Source: Lama glama (Eukaryota). From it: a DNA stretch of 64,000 nucleotides. The notes beneath the pieces are model-generated. The model searched no databases. It was not told where the DNA came from and saw only the letters and a program-made list of their open reading frames with translations. Below, in pieces: positions 1 to 11,972 of this stretch. Positions within the stretch are counted from its first letter, which is position 1; each line of letters begins with the position of its first letter. Where the stretch lies: the NCBI GenBank assembly GCA_028534125.1, contig CM052817.1, forward strand, positions 80,168,001 through 80,232,000, in the 5' to 3' direction. Position numbers and translations under genes: made by a program.

Positions 1-3000
1 TTCATTCTTTTATCTCATTCTGTATACTCTACCTGTATTCCTAGGGCCTGGCTAAGCGCTCAGAACTTAACAGCTTTTTGCAGTGAGATGAATATATCTG
101 AATGAATGAGTGAATAAAATGAGGAAGTAAGTGGATATTTGATATTAAAACCTGTACTAGTATACCTATAGGAGTCATTCTTTTGTTGACACCTGCAACA
201 CAGGAGGTCTTATCAGAAATTATAAAAGGTGACACAGTCAGACAACTTTTGCCATAGGATAATTAATTTTTGCTCAACAATCTACCACTTAGGCTTGGTC
301 AGTTCTCTGAGACTTGCTTGACCTGTCTCATTGAACTCAGTATATGCATAGGATAACTGTCTACTTTCTCTAGGCAACTTCCTCCAGAATTTTCTTGTGG
401 CGTCTTTCGGGCCTGCTTCTCAAGTTGGTCCGGTCCCACTGACATTCTTACCCCTAGCTATTTTACATGTAGCACATTTAGCATTCAGAGACCAGCTTTG
501 AGTAAGTGTAAAGGTCAAATCTTTCATTCCTTTTCTGAATTGAATATTGATAATAAGACTGTGCTGTAAAGGTTGTTTTCTTATATCTCTTTTATCCTTT
601 AAGAGGGCTTTCTCCTTATATCTGTTGCCCTCAAACCAAAACATCAGTAGCATTCCTCTTTCCCCAATATCTTGGCTCTATGGCCAGCATTGGTTATTCT
701 TCCCCGTGTAGGAACTTCCTTTCAGGTCTGTATCTCAGGAGATAGTCAGGGCTCCTTTAGAAATTTGCTTATGTGGATTTGCTCAGACTTCTGACAGAGG
801 GGCCTCTTCTCTCTGCCTCCTGTTTAACAAGAATTTGGAGCATCGCTTTAGCCAGTCTTAGCAGCAGAAGATTTTTCTCTCCATATATGCAAACATTTTT
901 ATTGTCAACCAACCATCAAAGGGGATCAGAAGAAATGGTTTGAATTTATGACCGAACTATTTGGACAGATCTGGGCTAGGAAATGTCTTACAAAGTGTAT
1001 GTATAGCCCTTGTACACTTTTACATGTTGGCAACATTTTTTACTAGTTCTGACCACACATGTTGGTTTATTACTAATTCCCTGACTCTCTTATTTTTCTC
1101 ATCTCACCTCCTACCAGCTGTCTCCCTGCCATTTCTACCCCTTCTGCTACTTTATTTTAAGATAATATAAGAGAAATATGCATCTGCCCATTAATTTGTT
1201 CCTATACCAAACGTTGAATGTCTTTAACATACAGGCACTATATTAGGAAGGTCCTGGTGATAAATACGTATATAACAGAAAACCTCTTTCATTTTATTAT
1301 TATTCATATCACAAATTCTCAAAGAAGAATAATTGAACAAAATTCATTTAAAATTTTTTACAATTTGAAACATTTTTTTCTGGGCCTTTTATTTGGTTTC
1401 TTTTAGTTTTGGGGCATTTGGTCATACATTACATATGAGTGATTTAAAATTTGCTTGAGAAACTTGTGAACGTACACTTCTTTAGTACCTGGGCTTGTGA
1501 CCCAATCAGTAGAAGTCCTTCTTTCCTTTATTCCTTTATTTTTCATTTCTTTTATCCATATTCCTTCATCTTTTCCCAGTCCTACCATGCCATAATAATA
1601 ATGGCAGGGGTTACTAAGTTTCCTTAGATGTTCAAAGCATTTTATGCTGAATGCAGTTAAATTATTCAAGGAATTTGGTAAATTAGGGAAAATACAAAAT
1701 ATTTTAATGAAATGAAGGGTTTTCTAGGTAAGACTTTATATCAGTTCATGATATGAGTTTTTATTTCTTTATTAAATTATTGCTGCTATTGTTTTTTGTT
1801 TTTGTTTTTTTTTCTTGTTTAGAGTTTCCATTTTTTAATGAGATTTTTCCTGGATTTGTTCATCTGACAAAAGTAAATAGTCTTTAAAAGCCCATTTTGG
1901 AAATGGTTAACCATTTTTAAGTTGAATTAAAGCATAAAGTTTTTTTGATCTAAGGGAGGCTTATTTAGATAATATTATTGTATTTGTAAGATTTTATTTC
2001 ATACATAGCCAGCTCTCTGAGGACAGTTCATAGTAAACTTATTAAAATGTGATTGTAATGTAAATGATATTTTAGAAATTGAATTCAGGTTTTACTATAA
2101 TCATTAAGCTGATTTTGAAATCTATACAGTTTGAAATTTGGTTAAAATATTTGCCCTTTAATTGTATTTTTCATTTTTTTAGGATATCTGGGTTTTTTTC
2201 CTCTACTCTGTTGTTACTTCCTTCTTTACCTTAATGTTTTCCCTTATTTTTCCTTATTAATTGGGGATTATAGGAGCAGCTGGCTCCCATATCCTTTATA
2301 ATATGTTTCAGTGAGATTCTTAAATGTGATTTACTAAAGAACAATAAAATTCACTCAGATTAGTGGCAATGTGTAGTTAGTGCAGTTTTGGTGTAGAGTT
2401 TGTTGTATTCTTTCTCAGCTCCTTTTTTTAGCATCCTGTGCTTTTTCCTGTATAACTGTTAGATATTTTCAACTTAGCAAGCTTATGCAAAATGGAAATG
2501 AAACAGGAAGAGGGGAAAGTTAAGAGAGAAAAGAGAAGGAAGAAAAAACTACATACTGAGCCCCTTTCACCACCCTGTGCAGGGCTGTTCTCCATATTTT
2601 TACTTGCCTCACGCTCCTGTTTTTCTTTACTTGAGTCCTCATGTAGCTGGGTTTTGTATTTTTTCTTAAGTTTTTATTTTTATACAATGGAGGAGAGAGA
2701 GAGAGAAGCTGTAAATGGTTTATAGTACCACAGTGAAACTGGAACTTTGGCTTGTTTTTTAAGAAATCTTGATAGAATGTTTTTTTAAAGCATGGGGGAA
2801 AATATTTTGTCTTTACGCCATAGGAAGTTAATGGCTTTCACTTATTTTTACTTAGACCTAAGAACACATTTTGAACACACACTGCTTCCTAATTTTGTTT
2901 TGTCTCCATTAAAGAAGCATCTGGAAATGTATTTTTTTTTCTTTTAGATCATGGAGGTCGGTTTTCTCAACTTATTTCTTTATGAGTTATGTAGTATCTC

Positions 3001-4284
3001 TAGTAATTTGATATGTTTATGATTTCTTGTCAGAATAAATGTATTTTAAACACTTGAATTGTTAATAAGCTGGTATATGGTCCAGCGGAGAATTTGGAAC
3101 AGGTGCCAACCCACTTGCTAGTGCCTGGCTTCTTGTCTTTATGTTGGGACTTGTTAGCATGGAAGAACAAAATGAAAGGCACTCTTTGTTGCAGTATTTT
3201 CTATAAAAATAACACTTTAAAAAGAATTTTTGTCTCTGGCAGTGTAAAACTTGGCACCTACCGAACAAGAGGATCTTGACTCACAGATGCATAAAGACAC
3301 TGTCAGCCCCGCTAGAGCTACTGAATTCCTCTTGAAGTAATTCTCCCAGTTCATTAATTTTTATTTTATCCTCTTGGAACTTGCCTGTAAAGGTTTTTTG
3401 TTTTATTTTGTTTTAACCTGATCATCAGGTCTTTTGCCTTCTATGGGTGTGAGTTTGAGTTTTTGGGGTTTTTTTTTGGGGGGGTTTTTTTTTTTTTTGG
3501 ACTTGTGACTTGTTGGATACTTGTCTAGAAAGTACTGTAAGATACTTGCGGGGGATATTTCCCTTGGGAAGTTTATCTCACTGCTCTGTCTGTGCTTGTT
3601 TGACAGCTGTTCCTTCACTTCTAACTTTATTATTAATTCAAAAAGTTATAAAGCCATATGTGAGCAGCTGTTCACTATTTTCATCAGGACAAAATAAGAA
3701 AGACCCCAACTATTATCAGGAATGATTTGGGTTAGATTGTAGGAATGATTTTCTGGCAGTGATAGTATAACTTATTACAAAGAGAGTTATTTAATTAAAA
3801 ACAATTTTAAGAGCATAAATAGTATTTGTTGAAAGATGAAAGGAGTCAAAAGATAAAATACTGACTGAAAGTAGGATAGTAACCCAGCTAGTTTTTGAAT
3901 TCCTATTCTAGTTCTAGGATTTTATGATTTCATGCTGGTGTTTGTTCTTCTCTTACAGATTGATTTTCCCATGACTTTCCATGCTTTAAGACTCTTCTAT
4001 GCAATAGTACTTTTAAGCCAATTTATATTTATTTTTTAATGGGTATCTTAGCTATAGAAAGACTCATTATTTATTTGGCATTCAGGTACTAAATTAAAAT
4101 GGAAAACTTGTTTGCCCTTAGTTTAAGAAACGTGATTATGCAAAAAGAAGAAATAAAAAATTTATGGTAATATTGTTCATGAAACTACAAATGTAATGGC
4201 TTGATTCCCTTTATCTTTTGTCACTAGTCCTTCAGAATATAACTATTCATTGTAATCATCTTTCAGACATTAAATAAAATAGCA

Positions 4285-4460
4285 CCTAGTATTTATTAGT
4301 TACCATGTGCCAGCAAAATATAATTAATGTAATAAATGCTGTGCTATTTGATTCTCACAATAATCCTGAGGGCTTAGGTTTCATTGTTCCCATATTACAG
4401 ATGAGAAAGAAGCTTAGAGAGATGAAGTAAATTGCCCAAAATGACACAGTAACTGGAAAA
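4285..4460 (-). mobile_element. MIR SINE relic
   Basis: ttctcacaataatcctgag..cccatattacagatgagaaa..gcttagagagatgaagtaaattgcccaaaatgacacag core. Confidence 0.65.
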
Positions 4461-4899
4461 TCAAAAGATGTATGAAGTTATCAAAAAGCAGAATATAAAA
4501 TTGTGTATACATTATGATCTCAGTGAAAACACACACACATGGATTTGATAGACTAGAAGGTACTACACCAAAATTAAAAATCATTACTTTTAGATGCTAG
4601 GAAAACAGGTAATCCTTAGTATTGACCTTATAATTTCTTACTGGCTGTACTTACTGTATAACAACTGTCCTCATAAGCATGACATGGAAATTGCTGTTAA
4701 TACTTTCATATTCTAACACCTTGACATTAAGTCGTTCATATATGCAACACTTTCCAAATCTCTGTCCTCACCATCTCACATATTTAAGAATTGTTAACCT
4801 ATTTTTTATTTTTTTCACTAGTTGTTGTATCAGCTTGTGTGAAGATAGATACTTTATGTTTTTACATAAAGACAGTGTCTTCTAGGATACTTTTGTTGT

Positions 4900-5890
4900 T
4901 GTTCTTTCTAGAGTACAAAATTTTGAGAACATTATCTTACTCATCTCTGTGCCCTTACAGTCTCAGAGTCTAGTTGAGCACATAGAAGACATTTCTCAAA
5001 GTTTATTGAATTTATTTCCCTTGTAAATTCCAACCACACTACAATAATTGGAAACCAATTCCTCAATTTCCAAACATACTCTTTTTTCTCTTTTAACGTA
5101 ACTTTCAATTACACAGTTGCCCAAGTCTGAATCTTGTTACCCTTGATTTCATTCCAGGTTTATTTATTTTTATCATCTCTTCTCTAAATCTGATTATCCA
5201 GACTCATTGATTAGCCTTATTTAATATAGTTTAATACAGTTTTTATCTTTTTTTCTTCCCTGTAGTCCCATTGCTGCTACTTCAGTGCAGATAACCACAC
5301 TCTCTTATGGGAATTACTGTAGAAGCCTCTTGTCCCCACCCCACCCCCGATTTTAATCCCCCCTGTACCTTGTAACCACAGTGGTCTTTCAGAAACCTGA
5401 TCATGTTATTCCCCTGATTAAACTGCTCTCTATCAGTCTCAGGATGAAGTCTAAATTTCTTTATGTTTTATGAGTCTTCAAGGTCTGATAGCTCCTCCCT
5501 CTGTTGCTAATTTACCTTCTTTGTTTCTACTCCTCTCCTGGCTCTTTAAATTCTAGCCATCCTGAATTACTTTTAGTCCTCTTAATGTAATGCTTTTTCT
5601 CCTGTCTTCATGAAATTTGCTGTTACTTTCAGCTGTCTAATTTCTTTATGTTCATCACATCCCATCTTATCTGTCACTTCTGAAAAGCTTTTTTCGACCA
5701 TTTGTTTAAACTCTGTGACTTCCATTTTAGCATATACCAGGCTGTATAGTAATTGTATAATTGCAGAAGTATGTCTTTTTAAGGAAATATTCCATCAGGT
5801 CAGAAACTCAGTATGAACAGGAACTGTTTTGTCTTCAGGAACCATCATAGTATGAAGTAGGCATTTAGTCAGTATTTATTAGATTGATGT
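4900..5890 (+). mobile_element. Degenerate L2 fragments
   Basis: Pyrimidine-rich L2-like motifs (aattactgtagaagcctc, ctgatcatgttattcccctg, agtaggcatttagtcagtatttatt). Confidence 0.4.
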
Positions 5891-7594
5891 TTCTGCAGAT
5901 GACTTTGCCTCATAGTTTCCTGAGCAACTGTAGACCTTCTGACATAATTCCCTTAATTCCCTGCCTTCCTGCCAGTCTTAAGCTTTTTATCTTTGTATTC
6001 TTACTCTTCTTTCCTATCACTGCTTGGGAAGGTAAATACTTAACTAAAATATAAAGTGGAAAGTATAAATTCAGTAGGAGTAAAGGGGTATTAACTGTCT
6101 TTCAAGAAGTTTAGTGGTGAGAAGGAAGGAGATTTAACGAGATGGAAAGAATATCAAAGTAAGGTTGTTCTGAAGGATAGGGAGAAACGGAGTATTTGTA
6201 GGCTAAGGAAAGAATATGGTGAAGAATTTAATAAAGGTAGGAATACAGAGAGACAGCAGATGAAGCAAAAGCTCCAAATGTCAGGAGATAAGGAAGGGGG
6301 CAGGATTGGTTCACTTTTTTGCTGGTTCCCAACAGCCTTCAGGTCATTGGACTTACTCCTCAATATAGACTGCTAGTCCATGCAGTGGCATCAGTGTTTT
6401 GGCCTGTCACTTGTCCAGTGAATGTTGAGCTTTCTGGTAAGAGCATATTAATTTCTCCTGAGGAACAAGCCTTCTCCAGTTCCTGGTCCAGCTGACACTT
6501 TTTGCTACTACTCCCTGATCCTAACAAAAGAGATCATCTTTTATGATACAGATTTCCTTATCTTTTATTTTGGTGATTTCCATGTGTGTTTCATGGAGGT
6601 GCTTAAAAGACTTTAAGAAAGACTGATTAAAAACCAAACACACTCAACTGTATTAAATACTAAATTTTATCATATTGAAGATTATCAGGTTGCCAGGTTT
6701 ATTTATTTTCACACAAATCTGAGAAAAACATCCTCTTAGCCACTTATAGACATAATTGAATTTTGTTTTAAATGCTGTTGAGTCAGGAAGCATATAATTC
6801 TGCACTCATCTTCAAGAAACTTTTATCTATATGTGTGCGCTCTTGTAAATTAGCTTAAGTAAATATTCTGCGATAGTGCTACTGTATTCAAGGTGTAACT
6901 CAACATACTCCAAGGCATTGGAATCTCTGTTCCTCATGGAGCATGCTTCACAGAGTGTGCTGTTCTCATTGTATAGGTATACTAATTGTATAGTAACAAC
7001 TGAATGGGTGTCCTGCAGCAGTGTAATAATAACATGGTATCTTTTTAGTTCTTTTAAGTTTAAGGAGTTGCTTCTCTGACTTTTGTATTTGTTAATTATT
7101 TATAAATATGGCTTTTATACATTGTATATAATATATAGATACTATTCCTCTCCAAACGTTTGTATGCATATGTGTATGTATGCATGGGTGTGTGTGTTGT
7201 GTGTATGTATATATATATCCCACTGTTAAAAGTCAAAACCAAAAACTGCTAATTTAAATAACCTATTCTATTCAGTAACCTTGTTGCCACATCTGACTGT
7301 TTCTTCTTAAATATCTCTACTTTCTGATCTGTTTAGCTTTTGATAGTTGTTGACTACCCTTCTTGAAACTTCCTTTCTGAAATGTTTATTTTTATGCAAT
7401 GTATGTTAAAGTATTCAGAAGCGTCATGATATCTGCATTCTACTTTTAGAAGGTTAAACAGAAAATTTTTAAATTGATCAAGTATGGGTGGTTTTGTGTG
7501 TACTATTTGGATGTGTGAGTGTGTAGAGAGAGAAAGTAAAAGCATGCATTAAAGCAGATGTGGCAAATATTAAAATTGGTGGAAATTGGCAAAG

Positions 7595-7597
<3 letters not shown>

Positions 7598-7634
<37 letters not shown>
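7598..7634. repeat. (AC)n microsatellite
   Basis: Uninterrupted AC run of about 18 units. Confidence 0.97.
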
Positions 7635-7635
<1 letters not shown>

Positions 7636-7936
7636 TTATAGTACTGATTTTTTAACAATGTTTGAAGATTTTCAAAATTAAATTAAAAAAAAAAAGTAAA
7701 TTATAAAAAAAGGTCAGAAACACCAGAGAGCACAAGCAGGAACTACCCATCAGGGTGTGACAGCCCTGCTGCACTTCCGCCTGTAGCAGGCCGGTTTATA
7801 CAAATAACAGTCGCCTTCGTTGGAAAACAGTCAGTTTGATCCTGCTGATGATAGCTGGATGGTTTTAGGGCCGTAAGCTTATGTACACTGATCTCAAATT
7901 TAACTTTAATTTTATTAATTGGTAAAATCAAAAATC

Positions 7937-10218
7937 ATTTAGGATTATTTGTTTTCTTTCTGAGAAAAATGTCATGGGTAATTTGATGGGGTCGCATTAA
8001 ATCTGTAGATTGCTTTGGGTTGTATGGCTGTTTTAATAGTATTAGTTCTTCCAATCCAAGAGCATGGGGATGTGTTTTCATTTTTTAAAATAGTCTTTAA
8101 TTTTCTTTATCAATGTTTTATAGTCCTTCAGCTTATAAGTCTTTTACCTCCTTGGTCAGGTTTATTCCTAAGAATTTTATTTTTCTGATGCAATTTTTAA
8201 AGGGATTCTGTTTTTTGTTTGTTTGTTTGTTTGTTTGTTTTACTTTACTTTTCTGATACTTCATTGTTGGTGGAAAGAAACACAACTGATTTCCATATAT
8301 TAATCTTGTATCCTGCTACCTTGCCGAATTCTTTTATCAGCTCTAGTAGTTTGGGCTTTTCTATATATAGTATCATGTCATCAACATATAGTGACAGTTT
8401 TACTTCTTCTTTTCCAATTTGAATCTGTTTTATTTATTTTTCTTGTCTGATAGCTATGGCTAGGATTTCCAGAACTATACTGAATAGAAATGGTGAAAGT
8501 GGCCATCCTTGTCTTATTCTAAATTTTAGTGGGATGGTTTTCAGCTTTTCACCATTGAATATTATATTGGCTGTGGGCTTGTCATAAATAGCATTTATAT
8601 GGAATCGCAAAAGACCCCTAATTGCCAAAGCAGTACTTAGGAAAGAGAACAAAGCTAGAAGCATAATCATCCCAGATTTCAGACAATACTGCAAAGCTAC
8701 AGTAATTAAAACAGCACGGTACTGGCGTAAAAACAGACATATGGATCAATGGAACAGAATAGAGAACCCAGAAATAAACTCACCCACCTACGGTCAATTA
8801 ATCTTTGACAAACGAGGCAAGAATATACAATAGAGAAAAGACAGTCTTTTCAGCAAGTGATGTTAGGAAAGCTGGACAGCCACATGTAAATCAGTGAAGT
8901 TAGAACACACCTTCACACTGTACACAAAAATAAACGCAATGGCTTAAAGACTTAAACATAAGAGAGGACACCATAAATCTCCTAGAAAGGAACATAGACA
9001 CAACATTTCTTTGAAATAAATCATAACAGTGTTTTCTTAAAAGTTCAGTCTCCTAAGGAAATAAAAGTAAAAGTAAAAATAAACAGGATCTAATTAAAAT
9101 TAAAAGCTTTTGCACAGCTTATGTGAGGAAGGAAATCATCAACAAAATAAAAGAGAAACCTGCAGAATGGGAGAAAATATTTACAAATGATGTGACTGAC
9201 AGGGGCTTAATTTCAAACAGAATTACAATATACAGAATATACAAAGAGCTCATACAACTCAATAACAGAAAACAAACAACCCAATCAAAAAATGTGCTGA
9301 AGACCTAAAGTGACATTTTTCCAGAAAAGACATACAGATGGCCAATAGGCACATGAAAAGATGCTCAGTATCGCTAATTATCGTAGAAATGCAAATCAAA
9401 ACTGCAATGAGGTATCACCTCATAGTGGTCAGAATGGCCATCATTAAAAAGTTCACAAACAATAAATGCTGGAGAGAGTGTGAAGAAAAGGGAACCTTCC
9501 TACACTGTTGGAGAGACTGTAATTTGGTGCAGCCAGTATGAAACACAGTTTGGAAACTCCTTAGAAAACTTGAGTTACCATATGATCCAGCAATTCCACT
9601 CTTGGGCATATATCTGGAGAAAACTCTAATTCAAAAAGACACATGCAACCCAGTGTTCACAGCAGCATAATTTACAATAGCCAAGACATGGAAACAATGT
9701 AAATGTCCATCAACAAATGAATGGATAAAGATGTGGTATATATATGCAATGGCATACTAATCAGTCATAAAAAAAATGAAATAATGCCACTGCAGCAACA
9801 CTGATGAACCTAGAGATTATCATACTAAGTGAAGCAAGTTGAAGAAAACTAGATACCACCTAAATTGCTTGTATGTGCAATCTAAAAAAATGTGGCAAAT
9901 GAACTTACTTACAAGACAGAAACTCACTCAGAGAACAAATTTATGGTTACCAAAAGGGAAGAGGGAGGGAGGAACAAATAAGGAGTTTGAGATTAGCATA
10001 TACAAACTACTATTTTCTATATAAATGGATAAACAAAAAGGTTCTACTGTATAGCACACGAAACTGTATTAAATACCTTGTAATAACCTGTAATGAAAAA
10101 GGATATATATATATATATGAATGACTCACTGCTGTACACCAGAAAGTAACACAGCATTATAAATCAACTATACCTCAATTAAAAAAAGAAAAGAAAAGAA
10201 ATCAGAAAAGAAAAAAAA
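7937..10218 (+). mobile_element. 5'-truncated LINE-1 with 5' inversion (antisense ORF2 piece ~7937-8592, sense ORF2 end + 3'UTR + A-rich tail ~8593-10218); cetartiodactyl-type 3'UTR
   Basis: Minus-strand ORF2 peptide [18 protein letters not shown]. Plus-strand peptides [21 protein letters not shown] and LLHCW-like motif. A-rich tail 10181-10218. Multiple stops and frameshifts. Confidence 0.9.
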
Positions 10219-10769
10219 GGTGAAATAAAACCGAAGGCTGATGATGCACCAGAGAAACTTATGTGTGTAACCCTCATGCCATTAAAATAGATGAAGTGGT
10301 TGGGATAACAGACTGGTATTATGTGTTAAGAGACCTAAATGTTCATGTCTTCTTAAATCCCAATAAAGCAATTTAGGGAAAAATAATTAAATCTGATCTC
10401 AGGTTTGTGGTTAATAGTATAGTATTCTACTTCTGTGAACAAAAACAAAAAACAACAAAATGCCCCACATGCCCCACAAATCCGTTCAAGTTCATTTGGA
10501 AGAAAGTAATCTCTCTTTCTGTTAATAACAAATAAAACTGCTCTCTTTTAGGGGTTGGTAGATTACTTGCTTTCTGACTTTTCTTCCTCTTTCCTTTTTG
10601 CTCTTAAATATAGATAGTGCCCAGTGAGACTTGTCTTTCATCCATATCTCTCTTCTCATGGTTGGCAATTTTAATTGATCTCATGGCTTTTGTTGTTTAT
10701 ATGTAGGTATCTCCAAAATCTAAAATATCAGTCCTGTCCTCTTTACAGAGCTCCATTTGTGATATGTGA

Positions 10770-10793
10770 TTTTTTTTTTTTTTTTTTTTTTTT
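10770..10793. repeat. Poly-T tract
   Basis: About 24 consecutive T. Confidence 0.95.
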
Positions 10794-11762
10794 GGTCAGA
10801 GGATTCTTCCTGAAACACAGGTCAGACCATATCTCTTTCTAGATGAGAAAACTACAGACTTCTTAGGAATAGATTATTGAACTTCATCTAGTCTTCAGGG
10901 TCTTCCACTAATATGGCTTCTACTTGCTTGTCTTTTTTTTTTTCCCCCTCTCTTAAGCCATTTTTCTCTCATCCTCTTAATACTTCCTTCTAACCCTTTC
11001 ATAATTTTTTGGGCTTTACCTGATCATTTCCTTGTTTTCCCATTTTTGGATCTTATCCATGCTCCAAGAGTTGTCTTTCAGATTTGCCTTCCAGCTGGGA
11101 GTAATCTTTTCTTCCTGGGAACTCCCAAAGGCTTTTTTTTTTTCTCTTTCTTATTGTGGTTAATATCCTTTCCATTGTACTGTGGTTATTTATGTGCACG
11201 TTACTGGTAGTTGTTAAGTTCTTTGAAGTCTGGATTTATGTCTCATCTGTTTCCTGTTTACATTATCTGGTACATAGTTCATAATGTATATTAAGTAAAG
11301 AGCTATCTTGTTTTGGGAGCATTTTGTGGGGAACAAAATTTTGAGGATAATTCATTAATATACCAAGGGCATAAAAGATTATCTCCATAAGGATCCACAG
11401 AACTATATTTGGAAGTAATTTTGGTAAAGGAATAAATACAAAAATTAGATATATAAATGAAACCTTGGATCACTCATTCAAGCCATTTGCAGATAGATGA
11501 AAAGTAATTTTTAATGTCATCTAGAGTAGAATATAGACTTAACAGTGTGTTCAGTCATTTAAAGTTACTTATACAAGACCTGCAAAGAGAAACATTTTGT
11601 TTTTCTGTAGCATTTCTATGCAGCTCACATTTTATAAACTCATAATTTATTTCTTGATATTGTTGAAATTGTTTTAGGATATTATTGTTTCTTAAATGAT
11701 TCTGTTTCCCTTCTTGCACAGTAAAAAAAAAATTTTTTTTTTATTATTTATTTGTTTTGCAG

Positions 11763-11972
11763 GTAACCTGGTCAGATATAGGAGGCCTGGAAAATATCAA
11801 ACTGAAATTGAAACAGGCTGTGGAATGGCCCTTGAAACATCCAGAGTCTTTCACTCAGATGGGTATTCAGCCACCTAAAGGAGTTCTTCTGTATGGGCCA
11901 CCTGGATGCTCTAAAACCATGATTGCAAAGGCTTTGGCCAATGAGAGTAGACTGAATTTTCTAGCTATAAAG
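11763..11972 (+). CDS. SPATA5: SPATA5/AFG2A internal coding exon (210 nt, 70 aa): start of D2 AAA domain with Walker A GPPGCSKT
   Basis: T-rich tract then TTGCAG acceptor (AG 11761-11762). Translates VTWSDIGG...LNFLAIK. Donor AAG|GTGGGG at 11973. Phase 0 at both ends. Confidence 0.96.

Noticed and set aside
11755..11770. CAG|GTAACC at the exon start as a recursive splice site
   Set aside because: GTA ACC simply encodes Val-Thr of the conserved protein. The upstream exon end that would form the reconstituted donor is outside the window, so there is no support.
11896..11919. Non-canonical Walker A GPPGCSKT (S instead of G) as a sign of pseudogenisation or novelty
   Set aside because: This variant is the normal D2 Walker A of the Afg2/Drg1/SPATA5 family. 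Exons are in frame with intact splice sites.
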